From NCBI GenBank assembly GCA_050230475.1, contig JBFLGF010000181.1, forward strand, positions 1 to 53,974: a DNA stretch of 53,974 bases, given 5' to 3'. The notes beneath the pieces are model-generated. The model made no database searches, was not told where the DNA came from, and was given only the letters and a program-made list of their open reading frames with translations. The translations under genes were made by a program, and so were the position numbers. Within the stretch, counting starts at the first letter, position 1; the number at the start of each line of letters is the position of its first letter. The DNA comes from Ancylonema sp. Taxonomy: Eukaryota. Below are positions 10,840 through 21,540 of this stretch, one piece after another.

Positions 10840-13800
10840 TCAGCTTGGGGCTGCCTTGGTCCAATATGGATTCACCTCCAACTCGGAGCCACTTTCTCCC
10901 ATCACCATCCAATCTTGCACAACGCCCTAAACACAAGGGACACAAGAGAGTGATTTGAAGTCGATTGCCACCCGCACAAGAATGATACGATGCACAACCG
11001 GTGTTGCCTTCGATATCAAACACAGTATCAAAACACAACGTGCAATCTGGCAAGAGTTCAAACTACGATAATTCGATATCCTTCAAGCTCGTCAATAACG
11101 GTTTCCATTGGCTCACTCACCTTGCCCAGTCTTAGTAGAAGCGGTGTGACGCCCGTCATGTCTATCACTGTGGAGGGTTCCGCGATTCGATATCCTCCAT
11201 CTACTATAAAATCAACTCCCTATTCTTGCACACCAACACACCAAATACTTGAGCAAGCATTAGATTTCGTGCACAAAATGGAAGGCTCACGAACATAGTT
11301 TCCAACTCGACCGAATGATCGCCTCAAGTCCAATGGAAAAAAATATTGATTGTTTTCGCTAACAAAACCCCAAAAAAGTCTACAATTTTAATGAATTTCG
11401 CACCCAACCACTAACCTCTTGTCCGTCGCACGCTCCAAATTCTTGCTCAATCGCACTGGGATCACACAACCACTCATCGTTCTCATCTCGAGTGATGCTA
11501 CCAAACGCACCCAAGAGAGAATGCGGATGTGTGAGATATGTCGCACAAGCTCACTAATTCTACATTGTGTATTGCATTCATTACACTCTTTTCTTGATAC
11601 ACCCACAAAAAAACAAAGTTGAAAACTATGCCGTAATATCCAGGTTTCGTTATATAGTTTATAACGACATTCATAAATGAAATTTGAAATGAGTGCCATG
11701 ACATCGAGGGAAAGTGTATCTGAGGTGATTGAGCACCCACGTGTGTTAAAAAAATAACCTTTTCTTGGTTTTTTTGCTTGTCCTCAAATTTCGTATGTGT
11801 ATTGCATACATGCTATCACACAATAACGCATGGAGGCCATTGCGGGGCATCTGAAACCGAAAATGTCAATACTTCCAAGGTTTTCAATATTCTCAAGAGT
11901 CAAACATCTACTTTTCGTACTTACGAAAAAAAACTTTATTTTCAATGTAAAACGACATTCAATACGAGTTTCGTATCTTCGAATGTCAATCATATGAAGT
12001 GTTTTTACACTCAAATCGAGCGAGCATGTGTGAACTCGTTAAAAAATGTAGAAAAAAATGTCGTTATACCGAGGGTCGTTATATGGAGGGATGACTATAT
12101 TTGAGGATCACCAACCAACAACCGATAAGCTCAACAACCTAAAAGCTTGTCATAGAAAACACGAACCTGCTCACTTGTTTTACGAACGAACATGATGACA
12201 TACAAACATTATCACGAAACGAATTACCTTAAAGCTTAACACATGACCCCCACCAACCTATCACCAAGGACTTCAAAGGAAGCCAAGACACGGTGTTTGA
12301 TGTTTTCGTATCTGCATTGTAAACATCAAGGACAGTCGGATACCTGGTACAAAGGAGAGGATCTTCCAGCTGAGCGAGCAGAGCTTGGCAGATCGGGTCG
12401 TCCGGCATCCGCACCCCGACACTTTTCCTAGGGGCACACCTTGCCGCTTCGCTGCCCCCAAAGTCAACGCACTTCGGAAGGGAGACAGTACCAAATGGAG
12501 GAAGGAGAGTGAATTGTGAGGTCTCATGGCATGGGGGCATGGAGGACCAGAGACCACTTAGAGGTAGACTCAGTCGTGTGAACGCGCACATATTGTGGTG
12601 GTGGAGTAGGGGCTGACCTGCTTGGGCATCTCCTTGCTTGCCTTCAGAATGAACGTGTACTGCAGCAGGAGAGCACAAGAAGTGGGTGCAGGTATCATCA
12701 GCACAGGCACCTCAATGGAAGTGCATCCGTTTAGTACTCAGAATGGAATGAGAGTAGAGTGGTAGTTGTAGTAGAAGTGATAGAAGAAGTAGTAGTAGTA
12801 GTAATAGTTTTAGAAGTAGTAGTAATAGTAGTAGAAGTGATAGAGGTAGTAGTAGTAGTAGTAGCAGTAGTAGTAATAGTTTTAGAAGTAGTAGTAATAG
12901 TAGTAGCAGTAGTAGTAACAGCAGTAGTAACAGTAGAAGTAGTAGAAACAGTAGTAGGAATAGTATGAGTAGTTTTAGAAGTAGTCGTAGTAGTAGGATC
13001 AGTGGTAGAAGTATCAGTAGTTTTAGAAGTAGTAGTAGTAGTAGAAGTATGAGTAGTTTTAGAAGTAGTAGTAGTAGTAGGAGTAGTAGTAGTATGAGTA
13101 GTAGTAGTGGTAGAAGTAGTAGCAGTAGTAGGGCACAATGTGTTTGCTTAGCATGGGACATAAATTTGGCCTCTACCTCAGGGCAAACCATTTGAAACCT
13201 CTGTGAATAAATAAATAAAAACTTACAGGCCCTGGAAGACACTGTCTGGCTTGACGAAACACATTCGTTTGGCCATGGCTGTTGCCAAGTGGGAATCCCA
13301 TGGTATACTCATCAATGTCTTGGAAGTTGCGACAGAGAATGCTGAGGGGCTGAAGCACAAAACAGGACAAAAGGAGTCAGCCACGTGTCCCATCTTGTGG
13401 TCTCACACACGAAAAGTCCAACAGTTCTTCTACCACTGCAAACGAAATCCATGTTCAGGAGGTGCCTTTTGAAAGTACTCATCCTGAGCGCTATGTGCAT
13501 GACCTGCAATCCGGGTCCTCATTCGGTCCCTGAGGACAGTGGGGTCCTTCAACGTACCTTTTTCCGGTCCATGTCCTTTATTCTGCAAGATACCAAAGTT
13601 TGTAGCACAACCAACCAATGAGGCACCACCAACAAACAGATCAATGTTTGAAAAATCTGCACTGATTGTTATTTTCTAGCTGGGAAAAGTGTCAAGGGGT
13701 GCTTATGAAACAGTCTTACTGCTGTCCTCATTTTTCTTTGACTGCCATCAGAAGCACAGCCACTCATTATTATGAGCCACTGTGAAAACTAAATAGATCC

Positions 13801-14645
13801 AGAGTGTATAGAGAGTTGATGGCACCTGTACAGACGATCAACTGCGGTCCGGTTCTTGAGGTCGCAGACGATGGCATACCTGTCCCAAATTGGGGGGGGG
13901 GAAATCAGCACTATTGGAATCGTATCCTTCCAGCCTGACATCACGATTGCATGATGTCATGATTGCATGACATCATGATTGCCTGATGGTCCATCCGACG
14001 TTTCGATGATTCGTGATCACAACAGGATAATAGAGAAAGAAAGCGCACAGGCAAGGACAGACTTGCAGTCGGTAAACGAGGTACGAGGAGTGAACCGTGC
14101 TTACACTGTATCTGTTGGCACGATCCCTACAGCGCCATCTTTGATCAAGTTGACAATTGTGTAAAGGCGAGTTGTATCCGTTCCGTATTGGTCCAGCTGA
14201 AGAATAACGGTCTCTGCCATCTGACCAAAAACATTGATGGACGCAGTGAAATTCAGACCATGAAGGACAATATTATGACTAGGGAATCGACGTACGGAGG
14301 TCCACATATTCTTTTACAAATCGTTAAAAACTACTTTCAAAGGACTGTGAGCCACTGTCCGACCGCGCTAGGTCTAGCTGTGAACAGAAATCGACAGCGA
14401 CAAGAAGAAAAGCTGTGTCGAATGCTTGCTCTCACCTTCTTTGAACCTCCTGCATACTTCAGTCGTTTCGGGCTGCGTTTCACTACTGCATTGATATGAA
14501 TCCGCGTTGAGCTGGGACACCATGGTTTTTTTTTACTGAATGCAGTAGATTGTGGTAGTTTTCTACGTATCTCATTTGGTCGCGCCTCTCCTTCCTTCTT
14601 CCAAGCTCGAATTGAGGCCAGCGAAGTACCAGCAGCAGAATACAT
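10840..14645 (-). CDS. YrdC/Sua5-domain protein of the YciO-like plant subfamily, putative plastid transit peptide, 321 aa, 10 exons: 14645-14436, 14220-14105, 13879-13826, 13582-13558, 13349-13227, 12659-12618, 12471-12344, 11497-11416, 11219-11121, 10926-10840
   Basis: All introns GT-AG with consistent phases (966 nt). Motifs KRSPKRLKY, GAVGIVPTDTVYAIVCD, KPLSILC, LPGPYTFIL, RKSVGVRMPDD, DFIVDGG...PSTVIDMT...LRLGKG. Confidence 0.92.
12760..13131. repeat. Degenerate (AGT/GTA)n trinucleotide satellite in intron 5 of the YrdC-domain gene
   Basis: ~370 bp of agtagtagt with a recurring tagttttagaagt variant; it produces spurious poly-Leu/Thr/Val/Ser ORFs. Confidence 0.95.
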
Positions 14646-15744
14646 CTCGCGCCCAGGCAAAAAGATAATAATGGTTTTCCCGTTGAGACTTGACTCCTAC
14701 GGTTCACAGAATTTGGTAACTCGGCTGAGCAATCGCGAAGGTAGTCTGAACCGAACAGATTGGGTGATAAGTAAAATGGACACCTAGTTTGTGTTTGCAC
14801 CGCAGCTTACAGGGTCGCAGCTTACATGTTCTCTTCCATAAATGAGATGCGAGGAAAGCGAGTGAAAGACCAGCGCTTGAGTGCTTGTTGGGGAGTCGGT
14901 TGAATTGTGGACGTGGCACGTTCGCGCGCCTTTGTCACCAGCGGGCAGCATATTACCGATATTGCGCCCCCAAAAGTCGGCAGAAACGGGATTTGGAGTT
15001 CGCTGTATGAAATCTACTGGAGCCCAGGGACAGTTGACCGGGAGGCGTAGCGGGTTGGTCTTCTCTCCGAGTCCCGTATGGATCGGCATGTGACATGGTG
15101 CATGTCTGAATGGCGGAATCGGAAGGACATGCACACAGCCTCGCGGGCGAACTTTTTTGCCCGTAGGCTTGTCGTGCAAATTTCCTTGGCGCGGGTATTC
15201 ATGGGAGGAATGGCAAATAAATCAAGGGAGTTTACTTTCCGTTTTGCGGACACTTGGGATTCGTGCGACCGCCGAGGGCTTCCGGAAATGTGAGGATGGT
15301 GTTTTGTAATGGAGATGCCGCGTCGAAAGAAAGGAATGCAAGGCCCAAGTGTTTCGAGGCTCGATTCTGTTGTATGTTGCTTGGTAAGTTACTTGCCTCC
15401 TTCTTTACTTGCGAGCCTAGGTGTAAACGTCTTGCTTGATAAAATATTATTCATTCGTAGCCACTCCGCTCTGTTTAGCTCCGTCAGCGAGCTGCCCGCA
15501 TATCGTTCCTTGTCATGCAACGCCGAAAATTTATACACTCTCTTCAACATTATGCCCTCTATGTGGAATTTTCCACATGAAGGAGTGGTTTTCCACATTT
15601 GAAAACATAAAAAACTTTTTCCGTCCTAAACTATTCCAATAGAGACAATGCGTACCTAGATGTCTTCAAATTGCAGGCTCACATCCTGCACCAACCATAA
15701 AGAGGCCACTCACGCAGTTGGAGTCAAACCGAGAGGCTTTCAGA

Positions 15745-15985
15745 GGCGGGGAAGAGGAGGGGAGGAGGGAAGGAGGAGGGGGGGGAGGGAGGAGGGAAGG
15801 AGGGGTGGGATGAGGGAGGAGGGGAGGAGGGGAGGAGGAGCGGAGGAGGGGAGGAGGAGGGTAGGAGGAGGAGGAGGAGGAGGAGGAGGGGGAAGAGGGA
15901 GGAGGGAGGGAGGGACGAGGGAGGGAGGAGTGGGGCAGGTGGAGGAGGAAGAGGAGGAGGGGGAGGAGGAGGGGAGGGAGGGAGC
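15745..15985. repeat. Polypurine (GGA/GGGA)n low-complexity tract
   Basis: Almost exclusively G and A over ~240 bp; it abuts the truncated end of the STP pseudogene. Confidence 0.95.
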
Positions 15986-15989
15986 GACG

Positions 15990-17560
15990 AGGAATGTGTA
16001 CCTCTACGCCGCGGCTTTTTCGAAGCACCTCGAGGCCCTCCTCCGGTCGACATATTTCCACGAGCGAGTTGGGAGTTTCGGGGAGGAAAATTCCACCCAC
16101 GAGTAACACGATGGCCGGCACGCCCGCGATCCCGACGCGGATTCTCCTTCCGTAGAAAACATAGTCTGTGTGGAGGGTGAGGATTTAGGCCACCAGAATG
16201 CCGAGCGTGATGGCCACCGGCAAAAGGCACAGGGGACGGAGGGGGGGGGGGGATCGGAGGTGAGTGATCTGACACACTTATATGATAACAATTGAAGGAA
16301 AAGGTCCACCCACTTAGATCTTGAGAAGAAAAAGGGGCATGGTTGATGACGAGACTTGCCTGAGAAGTGAAATTCATCGCTCCTCGCCATTTGGCCAACG
16401 CCATTTCCGTGTTATAGAGCGTCAGTGCTTGGTTTGCGAAACCCACCCCGAAACCGAGGCAGACCTCCCGACCACCAGCACCCATGGATATGCTACAAAC
16501 TAAAACAAAGACGGTAAGAAAAACTCTTAGATCATTCGTGTGAATGATAATGATCTTACATTCACATTCGTGTATTAGGGCTGGAGATTGAGAGGGGAGG
16601 GAGGAAAACAATTACGTGCAAGTGCAACGAGTAGTGCTCCCACAAGGTATAGTACGACCGAGACCAGCATGGAGTACTTCCTACCCCACCGATTGGTGGC
16701 TTGAAAGGCGGATAAGCTACTTTCAAAAAAAAAAAAAAAAAAACACGATTTAGAATTTGGCGGCCGGACTAATACAGAAAAACGTGTCTAAATTGATGAT
16801 GGCAGGGGAAGAAAATGGGGGAAGAAAATCGATGATGGGGGAAGAAAATCAGTTTTGACTCATCACCAATCTACACATCATCTTTTAGTGGAAAAGTCAC
16901 AGCATAGCAAAATTGAGGGGGTCTTTCGGGTATCACGTGTGAAGGTATCCCCAAACCGGGGGTAGAATGTCTCACCTCGCGATCATCCCGACAGGAAAAA
17001 AGGGAGCTGGTGACGAGCTCGAGGAGCTCGGTGTCAAAACGACACTACTAAGAGTCGCTTACGCCATGTTGCGCCATTCAACCGCACATGTTCAACCACG
17101 CATGTCATTATAACAGACCACGTTATAACGACCCCAATGTACATCACTCGCGTAGCAGTTGTAGGTTTTTAAATTTTTGTTTAATTTATTAAAGACCGAA
17201 TTTTGACAAAAGGGAAGTCCGAATTAACGAAGAGGGCAAAGGTGAAACATTGAGCATTTATTGCACTTCTTGGCACGACACGAAGGTCTACATCGACTTA
17301 AAAAACGTGGTCCATACATCTCATCGTCAATACATTGTCCTTCTACATCTCTGCATATATTTCCAAAACAAGGCTAAAATTATGTTGGACGCATTCAACC
17401 TTCTACCGTTACCACGCGCACATAGTACCCCCCGCGTATGAACCACATCAAGCGTCAAATCTGACGAAGAGGATTCCAAATTTCCACATGCCGTCTTCAA
17501 TGAATACGTGATTTTGCCTTCACGTCGTGGAGGGAGGTGCTTCCATCGCCACGGACGGAT
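15990..17560 (-). pseudogene. Sugar transport protein (STP, MFS hexose transporter) pseudogene, N-terminal half
   Basis: Degraded exons in STP order: EGKITY..AC (~17520), FDTELLELVTSSLF (~17040), TNRWGRKYSMLV (~16700), LGFGVGFANQALTLYNTEMALAKWRGAMN (~16460), GIAGVPAIVLLVGGIFLPETPNSLVE (~16135). Frameshifted and truncated. Confidence 0.8.
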
Positions 17561-17799
17561 TTGAAGCGGCTCCACTACCAGTGGGCGGGATAGATTGACA
17601 TAATGTTGTCCCGATAACATTAAGTGTTTGCAAGGGGGTGGAAGGGAGCATCGGACCACGATCACGATTCGATGACTGTTTAAAAACATCGTACAGAGCC
17701 ATGAACGAGGTGAAGTAAGTATGGTATGGCTAATCAAATGACGGAAAGAAAGTGAGGGAATAATGGTCGATGCAACTGGTATGGGGGGAGGATTCCACA

Positions 17800-18650
17800 C
17801 CTCCGGAATAAAGAAGTAGGCGAAGAGTGTCATCAACATCATCATGCGAAAAAGAAGAGATTCGCATATTTGGATGTACAGAGCATGGTGAGGAAAACTT
17901 GGCCGATGATAATGGTGAAGAGGATGGTGGTGGCTACGTTGATCGTTCGCCCCGTGGACCTGATTTCGATGGGATACATTTCCGCTAGAATGAGTCACCC
18001 AATTGGTCATGCACACAACAAATACAAAAACAACGCAAATCACGGCCTAAATGTACATGAATCACATATTTTGAATAAACGAACCAAAGACTTTGGACAT
18101 GATGTCATCCCCCCCCCACTTCCGATGTCAGTAAAGTGAGTGCTTATCCCACGACTACGCAAAAGCACTCATGAACGTGTAGATAAGCACGATCACCACC
18201 GTCGCAAGCGTAGAGGACAAGTTTTCCCCTTGGAACCTCAGGGCGAAAATAGCGCCAATAGAAATCTCCGTTGTAACCGTCTAGAAGCCGGCGTCATGGA
18301 GGAGAGGCTAGCGGCCGAAACGGTCGACTGCAGCAGACGACAAAAAGTGAGAATTAACGAGGAGTGTGCGGTAGTTGAAGATTTTTCCCAATCTGAGAAT
18401 GGTTATGGGAAATGAAAGGGGGCATATATTTTGCAATCACCAATGAACAGTGCCACTAGCGTGGCGACAACGTTCACCCACCAATGATGATGGTCGATAC
18501 CAAATAGTTTCCAGCACCCGACCAAAACGAGGAGAACAATTGGTGCGCCTAGAAAAAACACTATTAATACCGGTCATCTGCTGACATATCGGGATGACAA
18601 TGCACGATACAAGTTGCGGTCGGTACTCGCGCCTATCAAAATACACAAAC
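17800..18650 (-). pseudogene. STP sugar transporter pseudogene, C-terminal half
   Basis: YRPQLVSCIVIPICQQMTGINS; VDRFGR*; VVIVLIYTFMSAFA*SW; ECIPIEIRSTGRTINV..IGQVFLTMLC; TLFAYFFIPE. Contains in-frame stops and frameshifts. Confidence 0.85.
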
Positions 18651-19269
18651 AAGCGCCCTTTTAAGATGGATGAAGATGATGTGGTGCGTACAAAATAAAG
18701 TGAGGATCAAGAGCGAAATGGCGGCACATATACTACCCCCTCCAGTACTTGGACTTATAGTACAAAGATTGCTCTCTTAACTGTTTCTCGTTCACTTCCT
18801 ACACTACAAACTGCGGGGGAGGGGGGGGGGAGGAAAGAAAACCAGGAATAAAGATGATTCAGGATGCACATTGGCATTCCACATGTGAACCTCTAAAAAT
18901 TTACTCCGTTCAAAGTTTGTTCCACATGTGAGCACATAAAAAAAAATGTGACATGATTGAGGTTGTAAACGAAGTTGACTTGTACATATTCAAATGTAGA
19001 ATGCCAATACGTATCCTGGAAGATATTCATTCGCGGACTTCACAGTCTAAGTAGTAGAGAGGGTAGTGCATGTGTAAACGTCTCGCTCCCGATTTCCATT
19101 CCCCTCTCTTTGTTTCGTATACAAAAGTATCCACCTCAAAATGGCATTTCATCTTGAGTTTTGACAGGCGCGAGTACCACCGCAACTCGTATCGTGCATT
19201 GCCATCCTCATATGTGAGCAGTTGACCAGTATCATTACGATTTTTTTTTATACTTTCCAATTATTCTCT

Positions 19270-19656
19270 TCATTCGAGTCGGGTGTCGGCAATCCTTTGG
19301 GATCGACTATCATCATTGGAGCGGTGAACGTGATCGCCACGCTAGTGGCAGTGTTCACAAATAGTTGCACAACCCCCCCCCCCTCTCATTTCCTATAACC
19401 ATTCTCCCATTGAACAAAACCTTCAAGTCCCCCACACTCTTTGTCAATTCTCACTCTTTTTCAAGAGTTGTGATCGATCGATTCGGCCGCCGGCATCTCT
19501 TCCTTGAGACCGGCTTCGAGATGGTTGCACCGGAGATTGCCATCAGCGCTATCTAACCCTCGGATTCCAACGGGGAAACCTCTCCCCTATGGTCGCGACG
19601 GTGGTGATCGTGCTGATTTGCACGCTCATAAGTGCTTTTACGTGGTCGTAGGGTAA
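19270..19656 (+). pseudogene. Inverted STP fragment, paralogous to 18140-18560
   Basis: GAVNVIATLVAVFT, intron, IDRFGRRHLFLETGFEMVAPEIAISAI..VATVVIVLICTLISAFTWS*, then a gtaag donor. Confidence 0.8.
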
Positions 19657-20016
19657 GCACCTACTTGTTTGGCATCGGGACCCGGGGGGAGATGACCTCA
19701 AACCCGAAAAGTTTTCGATGAGTTTCTCCAGATGTCTAAGATTCGTGCATTTAGGCCCAAATTTGGGTTGTGTTTGTGGTGTGCGGGACCACTTGGGTGG
19801 CTCATTCGAGCGGAATTTTGTCCCATAGATTACATGTTCATGAGGTAAGCATGTCATGCTAGTAGAGATTTTTGAAAAAAATCATTTTTTTTTTTAACTT
19901 AATCGATTTTCGTCGTTATAAACGATCAATTTTATTATAAGAGATTTGCAACCTTTAATTTGAGATCTAATCAATTTTTATAAAATCGAGAAGTGTTATA
20001 ATGATTCGGATACCCA

Positions 20017-21347
20017 TGTCATGATCATGTCATGATCGGTAAGGCGAAACCCCTCCAGATTGATAAGAACCCCTCTAAATTAATACTCTGCTATAACGAG
20101 AGTATTCGAGATAACGATTTTCTAAGAATTAGTACTTTGCTAGAAAAATAGTGAATTACGAAATTTGTACGACTTGAAAATAACGCGTGGCGTATTTTCC
20201 GAAGTCTAGAATCCAGCAGTCTTCAACAAATAGATGCGTGTCGATTTTGTTTAAATACAAGTCCCTTTCGACTTGTCGATAATCCCGGCGATTAAATCCA
20301 GCGTAGAACTAGAGTAATATTTCGCGCCGCTTCCATCGGAGCGCCGATGAATTATAAAGTTATAGAAGCCAGCCTGTCGTGATCTTCGACAGTTTACTCT
20401 AGTTAACTTTGCCGGTTAGAACCGCGCAACAACTTTGTGATAAAACCAATTTGTACTTTCATATCTGCCAGCTTCCGCTGTCAGATTGCGCTGTTAAGAC
20501 ATCCCTTCCAACAATCTTCTGTAATCTGAATCCTTTGCAATTGTGTAAATATTGCATTCCTTCACTAACGCGACCCGTCAACGTTCTCGTCCTCCGACTC
20601 AGCGTGACATCCGTCAGCCAGCCGGTAAGATTGCAAATCATTCTTTGCAATCTGTGTGTGTGTGTATTTGATCTGATTCATCTGAATCAGTTGCTGACGC
20701 TCTTTCTGAGCCAGCTTGTCAATCGACTGTAATTTCTTACATCGATTCGCTGACGTTCTTTCTGAACCAGCAAGCGTGCGTGTGTGTTAACAACATCTGT
20801 CGATTTGCCCGCGTTTGCTTCGAACCGGCACTTTCATGTGTGTGTGTGTGTTTGCTGTCGCTCGCTCCGAGCCAGCATTGGTTGTTTACACCTGTTTGCT
20901 GACGTTCTTTCTGAGCTAGCATCTTTTATCGACGCGCCGTCGATACTTTGCTTTCGCACCGAAAATAACTCTTACGGCTGCTAACCTTGTTAAGTAGTGA
21001 ATTTCACCAGACCGCTGAGACGTGTGATAGATATACTATTGATATCTGAGCAGAGACTCAATCTGCAATACTACTTAGTGAGAGCAGCCGGACCACCAAG
21101 TCTACCAGAGACTCTTCGTTCACCTTCGAACAGCATCGATATCAACTCAGTCAACATCATCGCTACTTCACCACGAGCATTACCACAGGCATCATTCTGA
21201 GAAACATCCGGGAACAAAGATCAGAAAGTATGAAGAGTATCATTTCGGGCGGCCGACTTCAAACATCACGTCAGCCATGCTATGTGTAAGAGTCGTATTT
21301 GCGGCGGCTCTAGCTTATGAAGAAGCACAGTACACAAACACATGACA
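20017..21347. mobile_element. Long LTR-like repeat (family C, ~1.3 kb)
   Basis: Terminal tgtcatg...catgaca. About 1.05 kb is colinear with 51153-52273. No matching TSD found. Confidence 0.7.
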
Positions 21348-21540
21348 CAAGACAGGCAAATGCAATATGGGTGGAAGGTACATGAATTGATCAGGATGCG
21401 TAATGAGCACTGCTGATGGGTATAAACACTAATATGAAACTAGGGTCGGAACTAAACTCGATATAAAGGAAAACTGAATATAACTCGATCTAAAACCAAA
21501 TGGAAGTTCACGCCTATCAAAGGTCTAACTGATGATGAAG

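Noticed and set aside
12229..12312. Alternative exon after YrdC exon 7
   Set aside because: No family similarity and it leads to a stop; exon 11497-11416 supplies the conserved EW..DP motif.
12712..13242. Poly-Leu, poly-Thr, poly-Val and poly-Ser ORFs
   Set aside because: Translations of the intronic AGT satellite in the YrdC-domain gene.
13937..13990. 16-bp tandem repeat with internal palindrome, resembling a CRISPR repeat
   Set aside because: No spacers and no cas genes; it is an intronic minisatellite.
15660..16106. Gly/Arg/Glu-rich 148-aa ORF
   Set aside because: Translation of the polypurine tract, antisense to the STP remnant.
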